A DNA stretch of 37,681 nucleotides from assembly GCA_040752415.1 (NCBI GenBank), contig JBFMGU010000088.1, positions 1 through 37,681 on the forward strand, written 5' to 3'. Under the pieces are notes generated by a model, which was not told the origin of the DNA, did no database searches, and worked only from the letters and a program-made list of their open reading frames with translations. This stretch comes from Myxococcota bacterium (GTDB lineage Bacteria > Myxococcota > JACRCW01). This document shows, piece by piece, positions 27,543 to 36,944 of this stretch. How positions within the stretch are numbered: position 1 is the stretch's first letter; every line of letters begins with the position of its first letter. The position numbers and the translations under genes were made by a program.

Positions 27543-30125
27543 ATGGGCAGCAAGCCAGGGAATACGCACCTGGGCGTGTTCAAGTTCGGGGGCACGTCGG
27601 TGGGGAGCGCGGAGGCCATCCGCCTCGCCGTGGGACACGTGAAGGCCGCGGCGCCGAATGTGGCGGTGGTGGTGTCCGCCATGAGCGGGATCACCGACCT
27701 CCTCCTCGGCGGAGTGCAGGCCGCGGGACGGGGTGACGCCGACGCCGCGCGCGAGGCGGCCCGCTCCTTCCACGAGCGACACGCCACCGTGATCGGCCAG
27801 CTCGTCGTGGACCGGGCGCGCGCGGAGGAGCTCCACACGCTGTTGCAGCAGTTCACCGACGAGTACGCGGCCATCTGCCAGAGCGTGCTGGTGCTGCGGG
27901 AGCTCACCACGCGGACCCTGGACGGCGCGGTGTCCCGAGGGGAACGGATGCTGGCGCGCATCTTCACCGCCGTGCTGCAGGGCGCCAAGGTGAACGCCAC
28001 GTACGTCGACGCCACCCAGGTGCTGCTGGCCGAGCGCAAGCTGGGCAGCCTGTGGCCGGACCTGGATGCGTCGCGCAAGGCCGCGCGGGAGAAGATGGGA
28101 CCGCACATGGCGCGCAAGCACGTGGTCATCATGCCCGGCTACATTGCGCGCGGTCCCGACGGAGAAACGGTGACGCTGGGTCGTGGCGGATCGGACTTCT
28201 CGGCGGCCATCCTGGCGAACGTCCTCGGCGCCGGGAGCGTGACGCTGTACAAGGAAGTCGACGGTCTGATGACGGCGGACCCCAAGGCCGTCCCCGAGGC
28301 GCGCGTGGTGCCCGAGGTGCACTATCGCGAGGCCGCGGAGCTTGCCTATTACGGCGCGAAGGTCCTGCACCCGCGCACCATGATCCCGCTCATCGAGCGT
28401 GGCATCCCGCTCTGGGTGAAGAACACGTTCAACGCCTCCTTCTCGGGAACGCGCATTGGCGGCGACGTGGAGCCGGGCGCGTACCCGGTGAAGGCGCTCA
28501 CCGCCATCCGCGGCCAGGCCCTGGTTTCCGTCGAGGGCAACGGCATGATGGGCGTGCCGGGCATGGCGGCGCGCACGTTCCAGGCGTTGGCCGCCGCGGG
28601 CCTCTCGGTGGCGATGATCAGCCAGGCCTCCAGCGAAGCGAGCATCTGCCTGGTCCTCTCCGAGGGAGAAGCCGAGCAGGCGCGCAAGGCGCTCAAGGCC
28701 GCTTTCGCCGCGGAGATGGACGGCAAGCTCATTGACACCATCCGCGTCGAGAAGGGGCTGGCGTTGGTGGCGGTGGTGGGCCTGGGCATGCGCGGCACGC
28801 GCGGCATCGCGGCGCGGACGTTCACGGCGATGAGTCGTGAGGAGGTGAACGTCATTGCCATTGCGCAGGGCTCGTCCGAGCTGAACATCACGGTGGCCAT
28901 CAAGGAATCCGACGTGCCACGCACGCTCCACGCGCTGCACCGCGAGTTCCAGCTGGAGAAGCTGCGCCCGCTCCCGGACACGCATGGTCGCGACACGAAC
29001 CTGGCGTTCCTGGGCTTTGGCCAGATTGCCCGCGCGCTCACCCGCCAGCTCGTCAGCCAGCAGAGCTACTTCCGTCATGACCTGGGCCTGGACATCCGCT
29101 GCGTGGCCGTCTCCGACCGGACCGGCGCGCGCGTCGACGAGAAAGGCTTCTCCGTTGACGACCTGCAGCAACTGGCCGAGCGCAAGGCGGCAGGGAACGC
29201 GTTGGCGCAGCGCAAGGGCTCGCGGGGCGTGGTCGAGGAGCTGCGGCACCGGTTGTGGCCGCTCCCGCTGCACCGCCCCGTGTTCGTGGACCTCACCGCC
29301 GACGAGACCGCGCCGCTCCTCAAGGAGGCGCTGCAGCACGGGTTCCACCTCGTCACCGCCAACAAGAAACCGCTGGCCATTCCGCAAGCGGGGTTCGACG
29401 AGCTCTTTGGCATGGCGCGCGAGCTGGGCCGGCACATCCGTTACGAGGCCACCGTGGGCGCGGGTCTTCCCGTCCTGGACACGCTGGACAAGCTGCAGCA
29501 GGCCGGTGACGAGGTGCTCACCGTCGACGGATGTCTCTCCGGCACGCTGGGTTACCTGATGACGCAGCTGGAACAGGGCGCCGCGTTCTCCGCCGCCGTC
29601 CGCCAGGCGCACGCGCTCGGCTACACGGAGCCCAATCCCGCCGACGATCTCTCCGGCACCGACGTAGCCCGCAAGGCGCTGATCCTCGCGCGCACCCTCG
29701 GACGCAAGCTGGACCTCGACGACATCCGCGTGGAATCCCTGTTCCCCAAGGAGCTGGCGCGGCTGGATGCGCAGGGGTTCATGGACGCGCTCGGTGACCT
29801 CGACGCGGAGTTCGCGCAGAAGGTCTCCGCCGCCCGGAAGAAGGACAAGGTGCTGCGTTACGTGGCGCAGATTGGCCGCAAGGGAATCGTGGTGGGCCTG
29901 CAGGCGGTGCCCACCAGCTCACCCATGGGTCGTCTCGTCGGGACAGATAACCAGGTGGTGCTGCACACGCGTCGCTACAGCACGAATCCGTTGGTGGTCA
30001 CGGGTCCTGGCGCGGGCGCGGAGGTCACCGCGGCGGGCGTGCTCAATGACATCCTCGCCATTGCGCAGAGCGGTGAGCGGCAGCGCGCCACGTCGGGCAA
30101 GCAGCGCAAGGCGGTTCCGGCATGA
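27543..30125 (+). CDS. thrA: Bifunctional aspartokinase / homoserine dehydrogenase
   Basis: KFGGTSVG, VVVSAM, TLGRGGSD, ADP, GAKVLHPRT, two ACT repeats (QASSE, QGSSE), TANKK, YEATVGAGLP, GYTEP, GPGAG. Confidence 0.96.
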   Translation: MGSKPGNTHLGVFKFGGTSVGSAEAIRLAVGHVKAAAPNVAVVVSAMSGITDLLLGGVQAAGRGDADAAREAARSFHERHATVIGQLVVDRARAEELHTLLQQFTDEYAAICQSVLVLRELTTRTLDGAVSRGERMLARIFTAVLQGAKVNATYVDATQVLLAERKLGSLWPDLDASRKAAREKMGPHMARKHVVIMPGYIARGPDGETVTLGRGGSDFSAAILANVLGAGSVTLYKEVDGLMTADPKAVPEARVVPEVHYREAAELAYYGAKVLHPRTMIPLIERGIPLWVKNTFNASFSGTRIGGDVEPGAYPVKALTAIRGQALVSVEGNGMMGVPGMAARTFQALAAAGLSVAMISQASSEASICLVLSEGEAEQARKALKAAFAAEMDGKLIDTIRVEKGLALVAVVGLGMRGTRGIAARTFTAMSREEVNVIAIAQGSSELNITVAIKESDVPRTLHALHREFQLEKLRPLPDTHGRDTNLAFLGFGQIARALTRQLVSQQSYFRHDLGLDIRCVAVSDRTGARVDEKGFSVDDLQQLAERKAAGNALAQRKGSRGVVEELRHRLWPLPLHRPVFVDLTADETAPLLKEALQHGFHLVTANKKPLAIPQAGFDELFGMARELGRHIRYEATVGAGLPVLDTLDKLQQAGDEVLTVDGCLSGTLGYLMTQLEQGAAFSAAVRQAHALGYTEPNPADDLSGTDVARKALILARTLGRKLDLDDIRVESLFPKELARLDAQGFMDALGDLDAEFAQKVSAARKKDKVLRYVAQIGRKGIVVGLQAVPTSSPMGRLVGTDNQVVLHTRRYSTNPLVVTGPGAGAEVTAAGVLNDILAIAQSGERQRATSGKQRKAVPA

Positions 30126-31045
30126 GCACCGCCACCGTGTTCGCGCCCGGGACCATTGGCAACGTGGGACCGGGGTTTGACGTGCTGGGTTTGTGCGTTG
30201 ACGGGATTGGTGACGAGGTCACCGTGGAGCTGGTGGACGCTCCCGCGCCCGTGGTGGCCGTGACCGGCCGCGACGCCGAAGTCATCCCCATCGACCCCAC
30301 CCGCAATGCCGCCGCCATTGCCGCGCAGGCCCTGCTCCGACGGGTGGGCAGCAACAAGCACGCGCGTGTGTCCATCAAGAAGGGACTGCCCATGTCCGGG
30401 GGAATGGGCGGCAGCGCGGCAAGCAGCGTGGGTGGTGCCCTGGCCGCGGCGCGCGCGTGGCGGACCCCGGTCTCCGACGACGACGTGGTGCAAGCGGCCC
30501 TGGCCGGTGAGAGCGCCGTGGCGGGACGACACCTGGACAACATCGCGCCGTGCTTGCTGGGGGGATTGTCGCTGGTGTTGTCCGTGGATCCCGTCGACAT
30601 GGTGCGCCTGGAGGTGAAGCGCCCGTGGTGGGTGGCGCTCGTCTCGCCGGCGGTGCGCGTGGAAACCAAGGCCGCGCGCGCGGTCCTTCCCAGGAGCCTG
30701 GAGCAGCACGCCTGGGTGAAGCAGATGGCCCACACCTCCGCGCTCGTCGCTGCGTTCTCGAGAGGCGACGCGGGACTGGTGCGTCGCGCGTTGAATGACG
30801 GTTACGCGGAGCCTGCGCGCGCCTCGCTCATTCCCCACTTCCACGACGTGAAACGGGCCGCGCTGGGCGCGGGCGCGCTCGGCTGTTCCATCAGCGGCGC
30901 CGGTCCCACGGTGTTCGCGCTGGCCGAGGATGAACGCGGGGCACGCGACTGCGCGTCCGCGATGCAACGCGCATTTTCCGACGTCACCGCGACCACGCAC
31001 GTGGGTCCCATCTGCAAGAGCGGTGCGCGCGAGGTGAAGTCATGA
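30122..31045 (+). CDS. thrB: Homoserine kinase
   Basis: GNVGPGFDVLG, PMSGGMGGSAAS (GHMP motif), HLDN, ISGAGPT; ATGA overlap. Confidence 0.95.
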   Translation: MSTATVFAPGTIGNVGPGFDVLGLCVDGIGDEVTVELVDAPAPVVAVTGRDAEVIPIDPTRNAAAIAAQALLRRVGSNKHARVSIKKGLPMSGGMGGSAASSVGGALAAARAWRTPVSDDDVVQAALAGESAVAGRHLDNIAPCLLGGLSLVLSVDPVDMVRLEVKRPWWVALVSPAVRVETKAARAVLPRSLEQHAWVKQMAHTSALVAAFSRGDAGLVRRALNDGYAEPARASLIPHFHDVKRAALGAGALGCSISGAGPTVFALAEDERGARDCASAMQRAFSDVTATTHVGPICKSGAREVKS

Positions 31046-32316
31046 AGCCGGGGTTCCAGGAATGGCTGGAGTGCATTGCCTGCCACGCACGCTACGACGT
31101 GCTGGAGATCCGCTACCGCTGCAACTGCGGTGATCTCCTTTCCGTGCAGCGCACGCCGGGATGGGCGGAGCAGCTTTCACCGTCGCTGTTCGATTCCCGT
31201 CGGACGAGTCGCAACGAGCTGGACCAGAGCGGCGTGTGGCGCTTCCGCGAGGGCGTGCTCCAGACCGAACCGCAGCACGTGGTGACGCACCCGGAGGGAA
31301 GCACGCGGCTCTACCAGCGCCCTGCCCTCTCAACGTGGGCCGACGTCCCCGCTCTCCACTTCAAGCACGAGGGCGAGAATCCCACCGGGTCCTTCAAGGA
31401 CCGCGGCATGACCGTGGCCGCCACGCAGGCTCGTCGGGTGGGGGCGCGCGCGGTGGCGTGTGCATCGACGGGGAACACCAGCGCGTCGCTGGCCGCGTAC
31501 GCCGCACAGGCGGGAATGAAGGCGCTGGTGTTTGTGCCCGCGGGCAAGATCTCGTCGGGGAAGATGGCGCAGACGCTGGGATACGGCGCGTTCTGCCTGC
31601 AGGTCCGCGGTGATTTCGACGCCGCCATGGCGCTGGTGCAGGAGGTCTGTCAGAAGCTCAACGTCTACCTGCTGAACTCGATCAACCCGTTCCGCGTCGA
31701 GGGACAGAAGACGATTGTGTGGGAGATGCTGCAGGACCTGGCATGGGACGCGCCGGATTGGATCGCGCTCCCGGCGGGGAACCTGGGCAACACCAGCGCA
31801 TTCGGGAAGGCCCTGCTGGAGGCGCACCAGGGCGGCTGGATCAAGAAGCTGCCGCGACTCCTCGCCGTGCAGGCCACCGGCGCCAATCCCTTCTTCCTCA
31901 GCTACCAGGACGGATTCCGCAGCACGCACCGTGTGACGCCGGAGACGGTGGCCAGCGCCATCCGCATTGGCAATCCCGTCAGTCACGCCAAGGCGGTGGA
32001 GGCAATCCAGAAGACCGGCGGGTCCGTCACCCAGGTTTCCGACGAGGAACTGATGCTCGCCAAGCGCGAGATCGACCGCGCGGGGATCGGGTGTGAGCCG
32101 GCCAGCGCGTGCAGCCTGGCGGGTGTGCGCAAACTGCGCCAGCAGGGTGTCATCGAGCGGGACGCGCGCGTGGTGTGCGTGCTCACCGGCAACATGCTGA
32201 AGGATCCCGACGCCACCGTCAGCGCCGCGCAGATGGGCACGTCGGTCACCGCGCCGGAAGTGGAGCCGCGCCTTTCCGACGTGGAGAACGTGCTGGCGCG
32301 GACGTTGGGGCTGTAG
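31042..32316 (+). CDS. thrC: Threonine synthase
   Basis: N-terminal CxxC/CxC, NPTGSFKDRG (PLP Lys), CASTGNTSAS, NSINPFR, PAGNLGN, EPASA, LTGN. Confidence 0.95.
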   Translation: MKPGFQEWLECIACHARYDVLEIRYRCNCGDLLSVQRTPGWAEQLSPSLFDSRRTSRNELDQSGVWRFREGVLQTEPQHVVTHPEGSTRLYQRPALSTWADVPALHFKHEGENPTGSFKDRGMTVAATQARRVGARAVACASTGNTSASLAAYAAQAGMKALVFVPAGKISSGKMAQTLGYGAFCLQVRGDFDAAMALVQEVCQKLNVYLLNSINPFRVEGQKTIVWEMLQDLAWDAPDWIALPAGNLGNTSAFGKALLEAHQGGWIKKLPRLLAVQATGANPFFLSYQDGFRSTHRVTPETVASAIRIGNPVSHAKAVEAIQKTGGSVTQVSDEELMLAKREIDRAGIGCEPASACSLAGVRKLRQQGVIERDARVVCVLTGNMLKDPDATVSAAQMGTSVTAPEVEPRLSDVENVLARTLGL

Positions 32317-32449
32317 TTCGGACGCGCTACCGCTCCCGCCTTCGCCCCGGCTCGGATCCGTCAAGCGCGATGCCCGCGTTTCTCGGCGGCGTGACGCGAT
32401 GCGGAACGGTTGACACGAGGCCACCGGAGGCGCTTTGACCTCCCGCTCC

Positions 32450-32974
32450 ATGCGCGCTGATCCCCTCACGCGACTCCGCGACACCGCGCGGTCCCTCCCC
32501 GGCGAGAAGGCTCCCCTGCCCCCCGTGGTGGGACCCCTGGCGGATGACGGACCTGCCGACGCGCAGAGCCCCGTCGACGTACCCGCGTTGCGTCGTCGGG
32601 TGCACGCGCTCATCAAGGATCTGGCCGCCGCGCTGGAGCCTGCGCTCAAGGTCTCGCTGGAGCAGGCCGCACGCTCCTGGGACCAGGCCGACGCGCTCAC
32701 CGTGCTGGATGGTGACCTGCGCAACCGCGCCGTGGAGCTGCGGCTGCATTGCCAGACCCTCTGCCAACATCCTGAGCCCACCGTCGCCGCGGTGGCCCTG
32801 GAAGCCATGCTCACCGTCGACGCGGTGGTGGGGCTGGTGGCCCTGCTGGAACGCAGGCTGGCCACCCTGGTGCGGCTGAGATTGCGATCTGAACAACCCG
32901 AGCTCCTGGAGCAGGGCCGTCCATTCCTGGACGTGGCCGCGGCACTGGAGCAAGCAGGACGGGCGTGGACATGA
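32450..32974 (+). CDS. Hypothetical helical protein, first gene of the ZorAB-like operon
   Basis: ORF open from 32435 with good codon bias; its stop overlaps the next ATG (ATGA 32971-32974). Confidence 0.65.
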   Translation: MRADPLTRLRDTARSLPGEKAPLPPVVGPLADDGPADAQSPVDVPALRRRVHALIKDLAAALEPALKVSLEQAARSWDQADALTVLDGDLRNRAVELRLHCQTLCQHPEPTVAAVALEAMLTVDAVVGLVALLERRLATLVRLRLRSEQPELLEQGRPFLDVAAALEQAGRAWT

Positions 32975-35148
32975 AGAGTATGCGTTGGGGCCTGGGCGCT
33001 GCCCTGGGATTGGTCTCTCTCGTCGCCGCGGCGCAGTCGCTGCTGACGTACATGAATCATCACCTGTGGCTCGGCGCGCTCAGCGTCTCCGTGCTGGCGG
33101 TGATGGACGTGGTGGGCCTCTGGAGCCTGTGGAGCGCACGCCGCCGCCTTGACGACGAGCTGCGCGGCCTCAACGCAGTCCCGCCGACGGGAAGCCTGTG
33201 GAATGAGCGGCGCCAGCGCCTGCAGGCCATCCGTGACGCGGGCCGCACGCCCGACGTCAGCGTGCTCTCCCAGGCCACCGCGGCACGGGAAGGCGGTCGC
33301 GCGTACCTGGGGCGTTACTTCGTCGCCGTGACGGTGCTGGTGGGGCTGGTGGGAACGTTCGCCGGGCTCATGGAGACGTTCCGCACGCTGGCGCCGCTGC
33401 TGCAGGACCACAATGCGTCCGCCATGCAGATCGTCGCCGCGCCGCTGGCCGGTCTCGACGTCACCTTCGGTGCCAGCCTGGTGGGCATCCTCGTCACGCT
33501 GGCGCTGGGCCTGGTGCAGGGTGACCTCGTCCTCGCCGAGGAGGAAGCGCTGGCGCTGCTCGACGAGCGCACCATGCACGCGCTCATCCCGGAGCTGTGG
33601 CCGCCCACGGAGTCCGTGGCGGAGCGCACCGTCAAGGAGCTGGGCGCGTTGCGTGAAGGGCTGGCGGCCACGCTGGAGCGCATGTCGGAATCCACTGCGA
33701 GCCGCGTTGCCTCCGTGGCCAGCGCCGAGGTGGAGAAGCTGGTGAAGGAAGTGCAGAAGGCGCTGTCCACGACGGTGGAGACCAGCGCGCGCGAGATGCG
33801 CACGGGCATGTTGGAGCTCGCGGGTTCCGTGGAACAGCGGCTCACGCCCGTCTTCAAGGAGGAAGCCTCGCGGCAGGCGGAGATGCGCACTTCCGTCGAG
33901 CGTGCGGCCAAGGAAGCCACCGAGGCGATCACGACGAGCGCTTCGTTGGCGCAGGAGCAGTTCGCGAAGGCCGCGTCGTCGGTGGGGACCGCGCTGGCGT
34001 CCTCCGGGAGTGCCGCGCGCGATCAACTGGAGAAGCTGGCGGAGAAGACCGACGCGCTGCTCCGTTCCGCGCAGGAAGCGCTGCAGCAGGTGGCCCGCGA
34101 GAGCGCCGAGAGCGTGAAGACGCAGGGTGAGGCGGTGCGTGAGGCCTCGCAGTCCGCCGTGGAGCGGGTGACGTCGGCGGCGGAGCAGGCGGTGCGCGCG
34201 TCGGAACGCGTGGCGACGCTGCTGGGCGAGGCTGGTGCGCGTGCCGCGGAACAGGACTCCGCGCGTATTGCCGCGCTGGAGCGCAGCCTGGGCACGTTGT
34301 CCGAGCGCGCACGCGAGGGATTGGACCGCCTGGCCGAGAGTGCTGGGTCGCGCATGACGGAAGCCCACGCTGCCTCCGCCGCCACCACGGAAGCCGCGGT
34401 GCAGAAGCTGGCGCAGACCTGCGACGAGGTGGTGCGCGCCCTCAAGGAGACCGCCGGCGAGACCGCGCGTGCCCAGCGCGACGCCCAGGTGGAAGCCGCC
34501 ACGGCCGCCGCCACGGCGGTGGAGAAGCTGGTGACCACGTGTGACGGCGTCATCCAGGCCCTGGAGCGCGCCGCCGAACGCTCCACGAAGTCCCACGACA
34601 AGGTGCTGGACGACGCCGCCAACGGTGCCGCCGCCGCGGTGGAGAAGCTGGTGACCACGTGTGACGGCGTCATCCAGGCCCTGGAGCGCGCCGCGGAACG
34701 TTCCGCCACGTCACATGACAAGCTCCTGGCCGACGCGCAGGGTCGTCATTCCGCCATTGAAGCCGCGTTGGCGGAGTCCGCGGAGCGGGCCCAGCGCGCC
34801 ATGGATGGCGTCGTGGAAGCCCACGCGCAACGGCTCCAGGCGGCCACCGACGCGCTGCTCAACGTCATCCAGTCCACCGTCACCACCAACGGCGAGCGCA
34901 TCGAAGCCGCGAGCAACGAGCTGGCGCAGGCCGCAGGCAACCTCAAGGACGGCGCGCAGACGCTGGCGCCCACGATTGCGGCGTTCACTCCCGAGATGGC
35001 GGCGCTCTCCAAGGAGCTGGCGCTGCTGGCCGCGCGCGTGGATGCCGCGCAGGAGCAGACGGCGATTGTCGACGAGCTCTCGCGCCTGGGTGAAGGCGTG
35101 GACCGGCTGGAAAATCTGCTGCGCATCTCGCAGGAGGCGCGTGGATGA
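32971..35148 (+). CDS. MotA/TolQ/ExbB-family channel subunit with a long C-terminal helical tail (ZorA-like)
   Basis: N-terminal TM segments, then VLVGLVGTFAGL and GLDVTFGASLVGILVTL; about 530-aa Ala/Glu/Ser-rich amphipathic tail. Confidence 0.8.
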   Translation: MKSMRWGLGAALGLVSLVAAAQSLLTYMNHHLWLGALSVSVLAVMDVVGLWSLWSARRRLDDELRGLNAVPPTGSLWNERRQRLQAIRDAGRTPDVSVLSQATAAREGGRAYLGRYFVAVTVLVGLVGTFAGLMETFRTLAPLLQDHNASAMQIVAAPLAGLDVTFGASLVGILVTLALGLVQGDLVLAEEEALALLDERTMHALIPELWPPTESVAERTVKELGALREGLAATLERMSESTASRVASVASAEVEKLVKEVQKALSTTVETSAREMRTGMLELAGSVEQRLTPVFKEEASRQAEMRTSVERAAKEATEAITTSASLAQEQFAKAASSVGTALASSGSAARDQLEKLAEKTDALLRSAQEALQQVARESAESVKTQGEAVREASQSAVERVTSAAEQAVRASERVATLLGEAGARAAEQDSARIAALERSLGTLSERAREGLDRLAESAGSRMTEAHAASAATTEAAVQKLAQTCDEVVRALKETAGETARAQRDAQVEAATAAATAVEKLVTTCDGVIQALERAAERSTKSHDKVLDDAANGAAAAVEKLVTTCDGVIQALERAAERSATSHDKLLADAQGRHSAIEAALAESAERAQRAMDGVVEAHAQRLQAATDALLNVIQSTVTTNGERIEAASNELAQAAGNLKDGAQTLAPTIAAFTPEMAALSKELALLAARVDAAQEQTAIVDELSRLGEGVDRLENLLRISQEARG
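34381..34740 (+). repeat. Intragenic 120-bp (40-aa) tandem repeat, 3 copies
   Basis: 34516-34574 is identical to 34636-34694 (59 bp); 34381-34500 is a more diverged copy (AVQKLAQTCDEVVRAL vs AVEKLVTTCDGVIQAL). Confidence 0.9.
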
Positions 35149-35780
35149 AGCTGGTCCGCCGGTCACGCCCGGTGTTGTTCCCCGTCAACGTGTGGCCGCC
35201 CATGGCCGACGCGTTGACGCTGGTGCTCGCCGCGTTCGTCCTGCTGATGGTGCTTGGCGCGGTGGCCCAGCGCGACCTGCTGGTCCAGCTCCTTGAGCGC
35301 GACCGCGAGATGGCCAAGCTGCGCGAGGACAAGGCGCGCATCGAGCGGAGACTCCAGGGGCTGGCGGTGTCCGGCATGCTGGAGATCGAGGGGGACAAGG
35401 TCATCCTGCAGGGTGAGGTCCTCTTCGACAGCGGCTCCGACGAGCTGCACCCGTCCGGCCAGGAATTCCTCGGCAAGCTGGCGCCGCCGCTGGTTGCGTT
35501 GCTGCAGGCGGAGCCGGACCAGATGGTGATGATCGGCGGCCACACCGACGACGTGCCCATCCACAACGCGCGCTTCGCTTCCAACTGGGAATTGTCGACG
35601 GCGCGCGCGGTGGCGGTGGCGCGGATGCTGGTGAATTCCGGGGTGTCGCCCGCGCGGGTGGTGGCGGCGGGATTTGGTCCGCATCACCCGCGCGCCGACA
35701 ACGTCGACGAGAAGGGCCGGCAGCTCAACCGTCGCATCGAGGTGCTGTTGGTGCCCATCCGGGCGGTGAGCAGCAAATGA
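35145..35780 (+). CDS. MotB/OmpA-family protein (ZorB-like)
   Basis: WPPMADALTLVLAAFVLL (TM with conserved Asp), short coiled coil, VLFDSGS, GHTDD, NWELSTARA, NRRIE. Confidence 0.9.
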   Translation: MKLVRRSRPVLFPVNVWPPMADALTLVLAAFVLLMVLGAVAQRDLLVQLLERDREMAKLREDKARIERRLQGLAVSGMLEIEGDKVILQGEVLFDSGSDELHPSGQEFLGKLAPPLVALLQAEPDQMVMIGGHTDDVPIHNARFASNWELSTARAVAVARMLVNSGVSPARVVAAGFGPHHPRADNVDEKGRQLNRRIEVLLVPIRAVSSK

Positions 35781-36298
35781 CGGACGTCTCCCGACTGGCA
35801 GCCTCGCTGCTGCAGAGCGCGCTGCGCACCTTCCGCCTGGTTCCCGACGAGAAACGCGGGCCCGCGCTGGAGGCACTGGATTCCTTCCTGGCCGCGCCGG
35901 GTCCGCTCACGTTCCTGCGCGCCTCCCGCGTGGTGAACGAGTTGGGGCGCACCGCGCTGCTGGCTCGACTGGGCAGCGCAGGCATGGAGCGCTCCCTGGC
36001 GCGCGGATTGGAGACGCTGGCCAAGGTGCCGGAGATGGATCCCGCCGTCACCGAGCGCCTGCGCGCCCTCCCCGTCGATCCTCGCGCGGGACGACGACTG
36101 GAGGCGCTGGCCGCGCTGATCATCACGCACCAGGAGCTGGCCTCGCGCGCGGAGGCAGCAAGCAGCAAGCTCCGTCGACAGATGGAGAAGATGAAGGCGC
36201 GACGCTCCAGCGCGCCGCCCAAGGGTGCACCACCGCGCAGCATCCCGCCCAAGAGCGCCACGCCACGCCGCAAGTCCACGGCGGAAGCCGGACGTTGA
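35777..36298 (+). CDS. Hypothetical helical protein with basic Pro/Lys/Arg tail, last gene of the ZorAB-like operon
   Basis: ATGA overlap with the MotB-like gene; good codon bias. Confidence 0.7.
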   Translation: MTDVSRLAASLLQSALRTFRLVPDEKRGPALEALDSFLAAPGPLTFLRASRVVNELGRTALLARLGSAGMERSLARGLETLAKVPEMDPAVTERLRALPVDPRAGRRLEALAALIITHQELASRAEAASSKLRRQMEKMKARRSSAPPKGAPPRSIPPKSATPRRKSTAEAGR

Positions 36299-36368
36299 CG
36301 CGTCAACCACGGTCACGGAGTGGGCGAGCGGAACGCGCGGCGCCCCACCGCGACCACGGAGGTGTTCC

Positions 36369-36944
36369 ATGCTGATGTCCCGCGCTGTCGTCGTCACGTT
36401 CCTGGCTGTTGCGCTCTCCCACTGCGCTTCTTCCGGCGAGAAGAAGGACACACCAACCGCGGGCTCCGAGCAGGTTGCCTACTACCGCGGGAACTCGACC
36501 AGCACTTCCCCCGACGGGTCCACGCCGTTCGGGCAGGCCCAGGAGACGCTGGTGATGCGCGTGGTCAGCCCCAAGGAGAACCGCATCCTCGAGAAGGTTC
36601 GCCAGGGCGGCCGGGACTTCGACACCACGTTGCTGCGCGTGGAAGGCAGCAACAAGTTCACGGCCACCGACCAGGGCTCGACGTTCACCGGAACGCTCAC
36701 GTTCGAGGGTCAGGAGTGGGCCTGGAATGCGTGGACCTATGACATCACCATGGCCGACGGGTCGGGGAAGATCGAGGGCAAGGGCACGCTGGGCAAGGAT
36801 GGCATCAAGACGGAGAAATACTTCGTGGCGCCGGATGGCAACCGTCAGGTGCGCATCATCGAGGAGCTGAAGCCCATCACCAAGGACGAGTACGAGAAGG
36901 CCATGGCCGCAGCGACGCCTCCCGCAGCCCCACCCGCGCAGTGA
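36369..36944 (+). CDS. Hypothetical beta-rich lipoprotein
   Basis: GGAGG RBS at 36358-36362; lipobox LSHC. Confidence 0.78.
   Translation: MLMSRAVVVTFLAVALSHCASSGEKKDTPTAGSEQVAYYRGNSTSTSPDGSTPFGQAQETLVMRVVSPKENRILEKVRQGGRDFDTTLLRVEGSNKFTATDQGSTFTGTLTFEGQEWAWNAWTYDITMADGSGKIEGKGTLGKDGIKTEKYFVAPDGNRQVRIIEELKPITKDEYEKAMAAATPPAAPPAQ

Noticed and set aside
32410..32440. Perfect TTGACA upstream of the ZorAB-like operon
   Set aside because: No credible -10 element at 16-18 nt spacing.
31330..34596. 1088-aa minus-strand ORF and other long antisense ORFs (14353-16632, 27411-29612, 4749-6629, 9104-10735)
   Set aside because: Shadow ORFs opposite well-supported genes, expected in high-GC DNA; Arg/His/Gly-rich with no motifs.
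32971..35780. Flagellar stator motAB or methyl-accepting chemotaxis protein
   Set aside because: The tail is far longer than in MotA, there is no MCP hairpin-tip motif (LLALNAAIEAARAG), and no flagellar genes are nearby.
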